64,000 nt of DNA. Origin: an uncultured Novosphingobium sp. Lineage in GTDB: Bacteria; Pseudomonadota; Alphaproteobacteria; Sphingomonadales; Sphingomonadaceae. How positions within the stretch are numbered: position 1 is the first letter of the stretch; every line of letters begins with the position of its first letter. This document shows, piece by piece, positions 41,916 to 53,426 of this stretch. Where the stretch lies: NCBI GenBank assembly GCA_964621355.1, contig CAZUOV010000010.1, forward strand, positions 4,364-68,363. Direction: 5' to 3'. The notes beneath the pieces are model-generated. The model had not been told where the DNA came from. It did not search any database and saw only the letters and a list, made by a program, of their open reading frames with translations. Position numbers and translations under genes: made by a program.

Positions 41916-43105
41916 ACGACCTTTCCCAACAGCCCGAAAGCGCGGATGCCGAAGTGCGGGCCGCCATCGTCGCGGAGGAAGAGCGCAAGGCGCAGGAAGA
42001 GATTTCCGCCTCCCGCGGCGCTGTGCGCAAGACATGGCTGACGAGGCTGGCGATCGCCGTCGCGATCATCGGGCTGGGCTGGGGCATCCACTACCTGCTG
42101 ATCGGCCGCAATCATGTGAATACCGACAATGCCTATGTGAACGCCGAAGTGGCGCAAGTGACGCCTCTCATTTCGGCCACCGCGACCAGGGTCCACGTCC
42201 GCGATACGCAGTTCGTGAAGGCGGGAACGGTGCTTGTGGAACTCGATCCGGCGAACGCCCGTATCGCCGTGGCGCAGGCCGAAGCCGAACTGGCCGAGGC
42301 GCAGCGCCGCTTCCGCCAGGCCAGGGCCACCAATTCCGCCCTTTCGGCGCAGGTTTCGGCGCGCGAGGCCGATATCATGCGGACACGCGCGCAGCTTGCC
42401 GCGGCTCAGGCCGATCTCGAAAAGGCGCGCGTCGATCTCCAGCGGCGGCAATCGCTGGCGGGGACGGGCGCCGTTTCGGGCGATGAGCTGACCAGTGCCC
42501 GCAAGGCTTATGCCGCCGCGCAAGCTGCCGTGGCGGCATCGCAGGCCGCCGTTTCGCAGGCACAGGCGACGCGGACGTCAGCCCAGGGCGAACTGGCCGC
42601 GAGCAGCGCGCTGGTGTCCGGCTCCACGGATGAAACCGACCCTGCCGTCCTTGCCGCCAAGGCCAGGTTGGCCGCGGCGCAACTCGATGTCGAACGCACC
42701 ACGATCCGCGCGCCTATCGACGGAGTGGTGACCCGGCGGCAGGTGCAGGTCGGCCAGCGCGTCGCGCAGGGCGCGCCGATCATGACGATCGTCCCGCTCG
42801 ACCGCGTCTATGTCGACGCGAACTTCAAGGAGCGCCAGTTGCGCCGCGTGCGCGTGGGCATGCCCGCCGAAGTGACCGCCGATATCTATGGCGGCGGCAC
42901 CGTCTATCATGGCAAGGTGGTGGGCATCGCGGGCGGGACCGGCGCTTCGATGGCGATCATCCCGGCGCAGAACGCCTCGGGCAACTGGATCAAGGTCGTC
43001 CAGCGCGTGCCGGTGCGCATCCAACTCGATCCGAAGGAACTGGCCGCGCATCCGTTGCGGGTCGGCCTTTCCACCGAAGTCACGATCGACGTGTCCGGTA
43101 ACTGA
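41912..43105 (+). CDS. emrA: EmrA-type periplasmic adaptor
   Basis: TDNAYV, IRAPIDG, ANFKE, NASGNWIKVVQRVPVRI. Confidence 0.92.
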   Translation: MNDLSQQPESADAEVRAAIVAEEERKAQEEISASRGAVRKTWLTRLAIAVAIIGLGWGIHYLLIGRNHVNTDNAYVNAEVAQVTPLISATATRVHVRDTQFVKAGTVLVELDPANARIAVAQAEAELAEAQRRFRQARATNSALSAQVSAREADIMRTRAQLAAAQADLEKARVDLQRRQSLAGTGAVSGDELTSARKAYAAAQAAVAASQAAVSQAQATRTSAQGELAASSALVSGSTDETDPAVLAAKARLAAAQLDVERTTIRAPIDGVVTRRQVQVGQRVAQGAPIMTIVPLDRVYVDANFKERQLRRVRVGMPAEVTADIYGGGTVYHGKVVGIAGGTGASMAIIPAQNASGNWIKVVQRVPVRIQLDPKELAAHPLRVGLSTEVTIDVSGN

Positions 43106-43107
43106 CG

Positions 43108-44643
43108 ATGGCGACTGCCGCCATGGCTGGCGATGGAGCGCTGTTGCCGCCGTCGCGCAGGATGCTGGCCGGGGCCGTCCTGGCGCTCGGCAATTTCATG
43201 GTGGTGCTCGATCTCACCATCGCCAATGTCTCGATCCCGCATATTTCCGGCAACCTCGGCATCACCAACGAACAGGGCACCTGGATCATCACGTCCTATG
43301 CCGTGGCCGAAGCGATCTGCGTCCCCTTGACCGGATGGCTCTCGCAGCGTTTCGGAGCCGTGCGCCTGTTCGTCATGAGCCTTGTCGGCTTCGGGCTGTT
43401 TTCCCTGTTGTGCGGCTTGTCGATGACGCTGGAAATGCTGGTGCTCTGCCGGATCGGGCAGGGCATCTGCGGCGCGCCGATCATGCCCATGTCGCAAACC
43501 CTGATGGTGCGCGTGTTTACCGTGGAAGGCAGGGCAAAGGCCATGGCCGCCTGGGCGATGACCGTGACGCTCGGCCCCGCGCTGGGGCCGGTGCTGGGCG
43601 GCGTGATAAGCGACCAGATCAGCTGGCACTGGATATTCCTCATCAACGTTCCGATCGCCGTGTTGCTGGCGGTTGGCGTCATCGCCCTGTTGAGCGAAGT
43701 GGAAACGGCGAGACGCAAGGTGCCGATAGACCGCATCGGCCTCGCCCTGACGGTGTTGTGGATCGGCTCGCTTCAACTCATGCTCGATACCGGCCACAAC
43801 CGCGACTGGTTCAACGATCCGTTCATCATGGCGCTGGCCATTATCGCGGGGCTGGGCTTCATCGTCTTCGTCATCTGGGAACTGACGGAAGACCACCCGA
43901 TCGTGGACTTGCGTGTGTTCCGTCACCGGGGGTTCACGCTTTCGGTTGCCATCATGATGCTGGGGTTCGGCGCCTTCTTCGCGGGCACGGTTGTCGTGCC
44001 GCAGTGGCTTCAGACGTCGCTGGGCTATACCGCGACCACGGCGGGCATGGTCGCCGCGGTGCATGCCTATGTGGCGGTGCTGGTGTCGTTTCCCGCCGCT
44101 AAGCTGATGCCCAGGGTCGACTTGCGGCTGATGATCGGCTTCGGCCTGTTCTGGATGATCGTGTCGATGGGGATGCGCGCCTTCTGGACCAGCGATGGCG
44201 ATTTCTGGAGTTATGGTCTGGTCATGGTGATCCAGGGTTTCGGGATTCCCTTCATGATGGTGTCGCTGACCACGCTTGCGCTTTCGACGGTCGATCCCGA
44301 CGAAGTGGCGTCGGCCGCCGGATTGAACAGCTTCGCGCGGACGGTCTCGCTGGCCGTGGCGTCATCGCTGTCGATGACGGTCTGGGGCGATTCCGAACGC
44401 GTCGCCGGCACTGAAATCGCGGCGCATCTCCAGCCGGAACAGGTGGAGGCCACGCTGGGGGGCATGGGGTTCGGCACGGAGCAGATCCGCGAATTCCTGG
44501 CCGCGATGGCGGAAAAGGAAGCCGTGGGCCTGGCGATCAATCACTTGTTCTCCGTGACCACCGGCGTCATGATGCTGGCGATGGTGCTGGTTTTCCTGAT
44601 GCCGAAGCCGGAGCGGATAACGGGGCCCGGCGCGGCGCATTGA
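43108..44643 (+). CDS. emrB: DHA2/EmrB MFS efflux transporter
   Basis: LDLTIANV, WIITSYAV, GPVLGG, WHWIFLINVP; multiple TM helices. Confidence 0.92.
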   Translation: MATAAMAGDGALLPPSRRMLAGAVLALGNFMVVLDLTIANVSIPHISGNLGITNEQGTWIITSYAVAEAICVPLTGWLSQRFGAVRLFVMSLVGFGLFSLLCGLSMTLEMLVLCRIGQGICGAPIMPMSQTLMVRVFTVEGRAKAMAAWAMTVTLGPALGPVLGGVISDQISWHWIFLINVPIAVLLAVGVIALLSEVETARRKVPIDRIGLALTVLWIGSLQLMLDTGHNRDWFNDPFIMALAIIAGLGFIVFVIWELTEDHPIVDLRVFRHRGFTLSVAIMMLGFGAFFAGTVVVPQWLQTSLGYTATTAGMVAAVHAYVAVLVSFPAAKLMPRVDLRLMIGFGLFWMIVSMGMRAFWTSDGDFWSYGLVMVIQGFGIPFMMVSLTTLALSTVDPDEVASAAGLNSFARTVSLAVASSLSMTVWGDSERVAGTEIAAHLQPEQVEATLGGMGFGTEQIREFLAAMAEKEAVGLAINHLFSVTTGVMMLAMVLVFLMPKPERITGPGAAH

Positions 44644-44652
44644 GCGGCGCGA

Positions 44653-45825
44653 TCAGAGGCCGCTGAGAATCGCACTCGGGGCACCGACCCATTCGACGAT
44701 GCAGGGATAGCCGAGAACGGGAATATGCGCCTTCCCGCGCGCGCGCCGGATCAGTTCGGTAAAGCCGCTCATTTCGGCTTCGAATTCGATCTGCGAGACG
44801 CGATTGTCGTCGAGGATACGGGGCAGCGCCAGACGGTTCATGCCTTTTCGCACCAGGCCGGTGATGCACGTTGTCGCGCTTTTCACGCCGTCACGTTCCA
44901 GCACCGGATAATGGTCTTGCGACCATTTGCCGCTGGGATAGCAGAAATGCTCCATGCGCCGGCCGATGACCGGCTCCACGGCGGCGCGGTTGTCCTGCAA
45001 TTCGGCATGGGCCAGAAGCGGGGAATCCGGGAACTGGTGACGGTGCGTATGCATTTCGATGGCGATGCCCGCGTCTTCCAGCTCGCGCGCTTCCCCCGGC
45101 GAGACGAGGCTGAGGAGACGGCCATCGCGGATAGCGGCATAGTCCACGCCCAGGCATTCGCCCAGACGCTCCGAAAGATCGACCCGGCCGTCTTCGTCCA
45201 GCAGGATCGCACCATGCGTGAAGATCTGCTTGCTGGCCCACTCGCGATTTTCGGGCGTCAACTCCAGCGCCGTCGCGTCGGCCAGCGCCGGCACGCCGAG
45301 CGCGGACAGATCGGCAATGGCCTTCGACGATTTCCAGCATATGTAATCGACGGCGAGTTGGAAGATGGGAGTGGCTTTTTCGAAATAGTAGGACGTGAGA
45401 TAGAGCGTCGCCGGGAACCCGTGCTCTCGCAGCACGTCGCGCGCGACGGCGTGAACGCTGTGGAAGCCGTCGTCGATGGTTATGGCGGCGGCATCGGGCG
45501 GCAGGGTGCCGTTGTCCAGCCGTTCGAGCGCCTCGCCCAGCGGGAGCACGCTATATCCCTGTGCCCGCAAGTATCGCATACGGTGATCGAGGAACCGGCG
45601 CGATACGAAAAGCGAGCCGCGAAAGCGGTCCTCGTCGTCCAGAACGAAGCCGTGATAGCACAGGATGCGCAAGTCGCCGCGCGTAAGACGCCGCGCAAGC
45701 CGGAACAGCCCCACGGCCTTGCACAGCCGGTATGCCCCCAGAATGATGCGTCGTCTTGCCAATACCCTTACCCGTTGCGCGGCCTCCTGGTTTTCCGCCC
45801 CCTTGGTTTTCCACCGCTGCCGCAA
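44653..45825 (-). CDS. Polysaccharide deacetylase (CE4/NodB domain)
   Basis: ILCYHG, ITIDDG, HTHRH, FCYPSG. Start uncertain. Confidence 0.85.
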   Translation of the reverse strand: MRQRWKTKGAENQEAAQRVRVLARRRIILGAYRLCKAVGLFRLARRLTRGDLRILCYHGFVLDDEDRFRGSLFVSRRFLDHRMRYLRAQGYSVLPLGEALERLDNGTLPPDAAAITIDDGFHSVHAVARDVLREHGFPATLYLTSYYFEKATPIFQLAVDYICWKSSKAIADLSALGVPALADATALELTPENREWASKQIFTHGAILLDEDGRVDLSERLGECLGVDYAAIRDGRLLSLVSPGEARELEDAGIAIEMHTHRHQFPDSPLLAHAELQDNRAAVEPVIGRRMEHFCYPSGKWSQDHYPVLERDGVKSATTCITGLVRKGMNRLALPRILDDNRVSQIEFEAEMSGFTELIRRARGKAHIPVLGYPCIVEWVGAPSAILSGL

Positions 45826-45916
45826 GGAAGCCCTAGCAACGGCCTGTTAACAAACTGTCACTCCATCGGCGGGCCGGGCCCGTCCTTTTACAAGCCGGGG
45901 TGGACAGGGAGGGTTG

Positions 45917-45931
45917 GAACATAATAAGAAC
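45917..45931 (+). promoter_or_regulatory. LexA (SOS) box, alphaproteobacterial type
   Basis: GAAC-ATAATAA-GAAC directly upstream of imuA. Confidence 0.9.
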
Positions 45932-45951
45932 ATAGAGCAGTGATTCGCGGT

Positions 45952-46683
45952 ATGGCAGATAATGTTCCCGGATTGAAAAGAGGTTCGCTGGGCGTTCCGG
46001 CGCGGGGTGCGAGTGCCGGTATGCCCATGCTCGAACCGGGCCGGCTGCACGAGGTTTTTGTGCAGGGCGATGATCGCGCGGCGGGGATGGTCTTTGCCTT
46101 GTGCCGGGATCGCGAACGATGCGGGGAAAAGGTCTTGCTGGTCCGGTCGGGAGGCTCTTTGCGCTTTTGCGGCGAGGGGCTGGCCTTGATGGGCATCGAC
46201 CCGGCCCGCTGCACGTTCGTGGCAGTGAAGGAGGAACGCGATCTCCTGCGGGCCGGGCTGGAAGCGGCGCGTTGCCCGGATGTGGCGCAGGTCGTGCTGG
46301 AAACGCGGGGGCGCTTCGCGGGTTACGATCTGACGGCGGGCAGGCGGCTGGCGCTGGCGGCGGGGCAATCGGGTGCCTGCATCATCGTGTTGCGCTGCGA
46401 TGCGCCGCCGCGCTCCAGCGTGGCCTGGACCCGCTGGGCCGTGACTGGCGCCCCGTCCGTGCCGCTGGAAACCGATGCGCCGGGATGGCCCGCGATGGAA
46501 GCGGAGCTCCTGCGTTGGCGGGGCGGACCTTCGGGCGGGCGCTGGCGGCTGGAATGGGATGCGGATCATGGGACGTTCCGGGAAACAGATCGTGCGCCCG
46601 CGCCGGTATCTGGCGCTGTGGTTCCCCTGTCTTGCGTGCGAGAGGGCGGCGATGGAGACCGGAAGCGATCCCGCGCGGCCTGA
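45952..46683 (+). CDS. imuA: ImuA, RecA-like mutagenesis protein
   Basis: LHEV, GIDPAR, DLTAGRRLALAA, TRWAV; first gene of the cassette (alternative GTG start at 45940). Confidence 0.85.
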   Translation: MADNVPGLKRGSLGVPARGASAGMPMLEPGRLHEVFVQGDDRAAGMVFALCRDRERCGEKVLLVRSGGSLRFCGEGLALMGIDPARCTFVAVKEERDLLRAGLEAARCPDVAQVVLETRGRFAGYDLTAGRRLALAAGQSGACIIVLRCDAPPRSSVAWTRWAVTGAPSVPLETDAPGWPAMEAELLRWRGGPSGGRWRLEWDADHGTFRETDRAPAPVSGAVVPLSCVREGGDGDRKRSRAA

Positions 46684-48127
46684 TCCTTTCGCGCTGGTGA
46701 TGCGCGTGGGCAATGCCTTGCGGCTTTCGGCGGTGAACGTTCCGGCGCGCCGGCTGGGGCTGGATGCGGGCATGACTTTGGCCGATGCACGGGCCTGCGT
46801 ACCTTCTCTCCTGACGAGGCCCGCCGATCCCGTGGCCGACGCCCGCGCGCTGGATCGCATGGCGGCGGCCATGGCGCGCTTCACGCCGACGGTCGGCGTC
46901 GATCCGCCCGATGGCCTGATCCTTGATATCACCGGCTGCGCGCATCTGTTCGGCGGAGAAAGCGGCCTTGCGCGCCAGGCGATGGCGCTGGCGGGGTATG
47001 GCGCGCTCCATGCGCTGGCGTCGAACGCGGCGGCGGCGCGGGCCATGGCCCGGTATGGCCCGGAAGGAGAAGCGGAGGGAGAGGATGGTGTCCGCCGCCT
47101 GCCTCTCGCCGCGCTGGAACTCGATTGCGATGCGCTGGCCGCCTTGCGCCGGGCGGGTCTGCGCACGACAGGCGATCTCGCGCGGTTGCCGATGCGGGCC
47201 GTCGCGGCGCGTTTCGGCGAAGAAACCGTCACGCGCCTGCGCTGCCTGCTGGGCGAGGCTGCCAGCCCCGTCGCGCCGCGCCCGGCCCGCTCTCCCATCC
47301 GCATGGAAGCGCGGTTTGCCGAGCCGCTGATCCGCACCGACGACGTGCTGGACGTGATCGAAAGCCTGCTCGTGCAGGCGGCGCGGGAAATGGAAATCCG
47401 GCAGGCGGGCGGGCGGCGCTTCGTGGTGGAACTGTGCCGCAGCGACAACGCGCGCCGCGGGCTCATGGTGGAAACCGGGCAGCCGGTGCGCGATTGCGCC
47501 GTGGTGCTGCGGCTGCTGCGTGAGAGGATCGAGACGCTGGCCGATCCTCTCGACCCCGGCTTCGGTTTCGATTCCGTGTCGCTTGCCGTGCTTCGCGCCG
47601 AACCCTTGCCATCGAGCCAGCCGGAACTGGGGGCGGGGGAGGGGAGAGATGCTCCTCCCGATGGGCTTGCCGCGTTGATTGACCGGTTGAGCGTGCGCCT
47701 GGGCCCGCAAAACGTTTTCCGTCTCGTGCCATGCGACCGGCATCTGCCCGAAAAGGCGCAGCAACCGGTTCCGGCGTCGCGCGCGCGCGGCATCGCATGG
47801 CCGGTGGACGGGGATCGCCTGCCGCGGCCGCTCATGCTGTTCGATCCGCCGCAACAGGTGGAGGCCATCGCCGGTGTGCCCGATGGTCCGCCGCAGCGCT
47901 TCCGCTGGCGCGGCCGCCTGCATGACGTGCGTCTGGCCGAAGGGCCGGAACGCATCGCGGCGGAATGGTGGCGCAAGCGCACGGGCCACTTTCCCGGAAA
48001 GGCGGGGCCGACGCGCGATTATTACCGGGTGGAGGACATGGCGGGGCGGCGTTTCTGGCTGTTCCGCCACGGCCTGTTCGCGGAAAAGCCCGATCCGCGC
48101 TGGTATCTGCACGGGCTGTTCGCATGA
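46559..48127 (+). CDS. imuB: ImuB, inactive Y-family polymerase
   Basis: RYLALWFP, GMTLADARA, LDITGCAHLFGG, GPERIAAEWW, RDYYRVE, WYLHGLFA. Start approximate. Confidence 0.92.
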   Translation: MRIMGRSGKQIVRPRRYLALWFPCLACERAAMETGSDPARPDPFALVMRVGNALRLSAVNVPARRLGLDAGMTLADARACVPSLLTRPADPVADARALDRMAAAMARFTPTVGVDPPDGLILDITGCAHLFGGESGLARQAMALAGYGALHALASNAAAARAMARYGPEGEAEGEDGVRRLPLAALELDCDALAALRRAGLRTTGDLARLPMRAVAARFGEETVTRLRCLLGEAASPVAPRPARSPIRMEARFAEPLIRTDDVLDVIESLLVQAAREMEIRQAGGRRFVVELCRSDNARRGLMVETGQPVRDCAVVLRLLRERIETLADPLDPGFGFDSVSLAVLRAEPLPSSQPELGAGEGRDAPPDGLAALIDRLSVRLGPQNVFRLVPCDRHLPEKAQQPVPASRARGIAWPVDGDRLPRPLMLFDPPQQVEAIAGVPDGPPQRFRWRGRLHDVRLAEGPERIAAEWWRKRTGHFPGKAGPTRDYYRVEDMAGRRFWLFRHGLFAEKPDPRWYLHGLFA

Positions 48128-51100
48128 ACGGGACGCAGGACGGTCCACGCTTCGCGGAACTGGTCGCGGCCAGCAATTTCAGTTTCCTGCGCGGCGCCTC
48201 GCATCCCGCCGGGATAGTGGCGCAGGCCCATGCGCTGGGCATGGCCGGGATCGGCATTGCGGACCGCAACAGCGTGGCGGGCGTGGTGCGCGCCCATATC
48301 GCATGGAAGCGACTGGGCGGGCCGGGCGCCAGCGGTGTGGGCAGGGCCTTTCGTCTGATCGTGGGCGCGCGGCTGGTCTTCGCCGATGGCACGCCGGATA
48401 TCGCGGTCTATCCGGCCACCCGGCATGGCTGGGGCCGCCTGACGCGCCTGCTGACACTGGGCAACCTCCGCGCCGAAAAAGGCGGCTGCGAACTGCGTCT
48501 GGCCGATCTGCTCGATCACGCGCGGGACGTGGCGCTGATCGCGATGGATGGCGATGCCGCGCTGCTCGGCGCTCTGGGAGAAGCCGTGCCCCGGCTCTGG
48601 CTTGCCGCCACCATGCCGCGAACCGGGCGGGATGCGCGCGGGCTGGCACGGCGCATGGCGCTCTCCGAAAAGGCCGGTGTGCCGCTGATCGCCACCAACG
48701 ATGCGCTTTACGCCACGCCGGATGACAGGCCGTTGCAGGACGTGCTGACCTGCATTCGCGAAGGGTTGAAAGTGCAGACCGCCGGGCGCCGCCTTGCCGT
48801 CAATGCGGAGCGTCACCTGAAATCGCCCGCCGAAATGGCTCGCCTGTTCCGTGCCTGTCCGCAAGCCGTCGCGGCGACGGGCGACTTGCTGGACAGTATC
48901 GCCTTCACGCTGGACGATTTGCGCTACGAATACCCGCATGAGCCGGTGCCGGAAGGCTGGGAGCCGCAAGGCTGGCTCGAACATCTGGTGATGGAAGGCG
49001 CGAAGGTGCGTTTTCCCGATGGCCTGCCGGACGGTTATCGCCGCGTGCTCGATGAAGAATTCGGCCTGATCCGGGCGCGCGGCTATGCCTGCTATTTCCT
49101 CACGGTGCATGACGTGGTGCACTATGCCCGCGGCCTGAATCCGCCGATCCTGTGCCAGGGGCGCGGCTCGGCGGCCAATTCGCTGGTGTGTTATTTCCTG
49201 GGAGTCACGCCCATTGATCCGGTGAAGGAAAAGCTGCTGTTCTCACGCTTCCTGTCGGACGAACGCAACGAGCCGCCCGACATCGACGTCGATTTCGAGC
49301 ATGCGCGGCGCGAGGAAGTGATCCAGTATATCTACCGGCGCTACGGCCGGGATCGCGCCGGGATCGCCGCCACCGTGATCCGCTATCGTCAGCGCAGCGC
49401 CATCCGCGAAGTGGGCAAGGCGCTGGGGCTGACCGAGGATGTGACCGCGCGCCTTTCCGGCACGATCTGGGGAAGCTGGGGCGGCAAGGAACTGCCCGAA
49501 GCGCGGCTGGCCGAAGCCGGGTTCGATCCCGCCAATCCCGAACTGGCGCGGCTGCGCGACATGGTGGACCGGCTGCTCGATTTTCCGCGCCACCTGTCGC
49601 AGCACGTCGGCGGCTTCGTGCTGACCGAGGGGCGGCTCGACGAAACGGTGCCGATCCACAACGCGGCCATGCCCGATCGCACCTTCATCGAATGGGACAA
49701 GGAGGATCTGGAAGCGATCGGTCTGATGAAAGTGGACGTGCTGGCGCTCGGCATGCTCACGGCCATCCGCAAGAGCTTTGACCTGATGCGGGACCACAAG
49801 CTGGGTGATTATGACCTGCGGAACGTCCCGCGTGAGGATGCCGCCACATACAGGATGCTCCAGCGGGGCGACAGCATCGGCGCCTTCCAGGTCGAAAGCC
49901 GGGCGCAGATCGCCATGCTGCCGCGCATGAAGCCGAGGGAGCTTTACGATCTGGTGATCCAGGTTGCCATCGTCCGTCCCGGCCCGATCCAGGGCGGCAT
50001 GGTCCACCCCTATCTCCGCCGCCGCAACGGGGAAGAAGCGGTCGACTTTCCGGGGCCGCCGGGCGAAATGCGGGACGTTCTGGACAAGACGCTGGGCGTG
50101 CCGCTGTTTCAGGAACAGGCGATGAAGCTGGCCATGGTGGCGGCCGGGTTCTCGCCCGCCGAAGCCGACGGCCTGCGCCGTGCCATGGCCACGTTCCGCA
50201 ACAACGGCACGGTCCATCATTACGAAGAAAAGCTGGTCGAAGGCATGGTGCGGCGCGGTTACCCACGCGATTTCGCCGAGCGCTGCTTTGAGCAGATCAA
50301 GGGCTTCGGCGAATACGGCTTTCCCGAAAGCCACGCGCAGGCCTTCGCCTGGCTGGCCTATGTCTCGTCGTGGCTGAAATGCCGCTATCCGGCGGTGTTC
50401 ACGTGCGCTCTGCTCAACAGCCAGCCGATGGGCTTCTACGCGCCCGCGCAACTGATCCGCGACGCGCGTGAGCATGGCGTGGACGTGCGCCCGATGGACG
50501 TCAATGCCAGCCAATGGGACAACACGCTGGAAGGGGAGCGCGTGCTGCGGCTCGGCTTGCGGCAGATCACCGGCTTTCGCGAGGAATGGGCGGAACGGCT
50601 CAAGACGGCGCGGCCCGTTTCCGGCCTGGAGGACGCGGCGCGGCGGGCGGGCCTGACTTCGCGGGCGTTGCACTTGCTGGCCGATGCCGGCGCGTTCGGC
50701 TCGCTGGGCTGCAACCGGCGTGAGGCGGGGTGGGAGGCGCGCCGCGTGCCTGCGGTGCAATTGCCGCTGTTCGCGGCTTTCGGGGCGCCTGAACTGGGGA
50801 AGGAGCCGGAGGCCGCGCTTCCGGCCATGTCTCCGCAGGAAGAAGTGGTGGCGGATTACCAGACGCACCGCTTTTCGTTGAAAGGGCATCCGATGCAGTT
50901 CCTGCGCGGCCGCCTTACCGCGCGCGGCGTAGTCGATTGCGCCACGGCCGATGCGGCGCGTGATGGCGCGAAAGTGCGCGTGGCGGGCGTGGTGCTGGTG
51001 CGCCAGCGGCCGGGCAAGGGCAACGCGGTGTTCATCACGATCGAGGACGAGACGGGGATCGTCAACGCCCTGCTCTGGGCGCGCGACATGGAACGGCAGC

Positions 51101-51360
51101 GCCGCGCGGTGATGGCTGCCCGGCTCATGGTGATCGAAGGGACGATCCAGCGCAGCAAGGAAGGCGTGGTTCACCTGATGGCCGACCATATAACCGACGC
51201 GAGCGAAATGCTGGACGGGCTGACCGATGGTTCTTCCGGGGCGTCCGGGCCGGTTTGCGGCGATTCGATCCGCCTTCCGCCCCATCCGCGCGGCGAGCGG
51301 AGCCTGCGCGGCCACCCCCGCAACGTCCGCATCCTGCCGCGCTCCCGCGATTTTCATTAG
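48124..51360 (+). CDS. dnaE2: Error-prone DNA polymerase III alpha (ImuC)
   Basis: SNFSFLRGAS, GRGSAANS, PPDIDVDFE, YGFPESH, C-terminal SRDFH. Confidence 0.97.
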   Translation: MNGTQDGPRFAELVAASNFSFLRGASHPAGIVAQAHALGMAGIGIADRNSVAGVVRAHIAWKRLGGPGASGVGRAFRLIVGARLVFADGTPDIAVYPATRHGWGRLTRLLTLGNLRAEKGGCELRLADLLDHARDVALIAMDGDAALLGALGEAVPRLWLAATMPRTGRDARGLARRMALSEKAGVPLIATNDALYATPDDRPLQDVLTCIREGLKVQTAGRRLAVNAERHLKSPAEMARLFRACPQAVAATGDLLDSIAFTLDDLRYEYPHEPVPEGWEPQGWLEHLVMEGAKVRFPDGLPDGYRRVLDEEFGLIRARGYACYFLTVHDVVHYARGLNPPILCQGRGSAANSLVCYFLGVTPIDPVKEKLLFSRFLSDERNEPPDIDVDFEHARREEVIQYIYRRYGRDRAGIAATVIRYRQRSAIREVGKALGLTEDVTARLSGTIWGSWGGKELPEARLAEAGFDPANPELARLRDMVDRLLDFPRHLSQHVGGFVLTEGRLDETVPIHNAAMPDRTFIEWDKEDLEAIGLMKVDVLALGMLTAIRKSFDLMRDHKLGDYDLRNVPREDAATYRMLQRGDSIGAFQVESRAQIAMLPRMKPRELYDLVIQVAIVRPGPIQGGMVHPYLRRRNGEEAVDFPGPPGEMRDVLDKTLGVPLFQEQAMKLAMVAAGFSPAEADGLRRAMATFRNNGTVHHYEEKLVEGMVRRGYPRDFAERCFEQIKGFGEYGFPESHAQAFAWLAYVSSWLKCRYPAVFTCALLNSQPMGFYAPAQLIRDAREHGVDVRPMDVNASQWDNTLEGERVLRLGLRQITGFREEWAERLKTARPVSGLEDAARRAGLTSRALHLLADAGAFGSLGCNRREAGWEARRVPAVQLPLFAAFGAPELGKEPEAALPAMSPQEEVVADYQTHRFSLKGHPMQFLRGRLTARGVVDCATADAARDGAKVRVAGVVLVRQRPGKGNAVFITIEDETGIVNALLWARDMERQRRAVMAARLMVIEGTIQRSKEGVVHLMADHITDASEMLDGLTDGSSGASGPVCGDSIRLPPHPRGERSLRGHPRNVRILPRSRDFH

Positions 51361-51425
51361 GCACCAGACTTGCCGGGACGCGCCGGGCGCGGCATCGTCG
51401 CGCGTGAGAGTGAAAGGAGTGCGCC

Positions 51426-51635
51426 GTGGCTGAAATCGTGAACCTGCGCATGGCGCGCAAGGCGAAAGCGAGAACAGCGTCGGCGCGCGAGGCCGATGCC
51501 AATCGCGTCCGCTTTGGCCGCACCGCGAGTGAAAAGCATCGGGATACTGTTGAGGCCGAACGTCTGGAAACCAGGCTGCGCGGCGCGCTTCGCGATGTTT
51601 CGCCGGAAGAGGGCGGCGGCGCGCAATCGTCCTGA
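51426..51635 (+). CDS. DUF4169 family small protein
   Basis: MAEIVNLRMARKAKAR...ANRVRFGRT; AAGGAG RBS. Confidence 0.85.
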   Translation: MAEIVNLRMARKAKARTASAREADANRVRFGRTASEKHRDTVEAERLETRLRGALRDVSPEEGGGAQSS

Positions 51636-51694
51636 TACCCTTGTCGATCGCGCCTCGCGCCCCTATGTTCGGGGCCGCTTCAAAGGAAAGTGAC

Positions 51695-51706
51695 ATGAAC
51701 GACTAG
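51695..51706 (+). promoter_or_regulatory. Putative uORF MND* in the ABC-F leader
   Basis: AAAGGAAAG-tgac-ATG AAC GAC TAG; region is complementary to the ABC-F start. Confidence 0.55.
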
Positions 51707-51750
51707 GCTGACAGCGCAAACCCGTTGCTTTCGTTGCCTGGTGTTTTCTC

Positions 51751-53343
<1,593 letters not shown>

Positions 53344-53348
53344 GCATT

Positions 53349-53422
53349 GGAGCGGGCGAAAGCCTGTTCTGCCCGCTCCCGTGCCTGTTCCTGATGGGTT
53401 CCGGCTCCGACTGAACCGGAAC
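53349..53422. terminator. Two hairpins between convergent genes
   Basis: GGAGCGGGC/GCCCGCTCC (53349-53379) and GTTCCGG/CCGGAAC (53398-53422); no U-tracts. Confidence 0.45.
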
Positions 53423-53426
53423 GGCT

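Noticed and set aside
46559..46683. imuA/imuB overlap as a frameshift or pseudogene
   Set aside because: Both frames are intact with their motifs, and overlap at this junction is usual.
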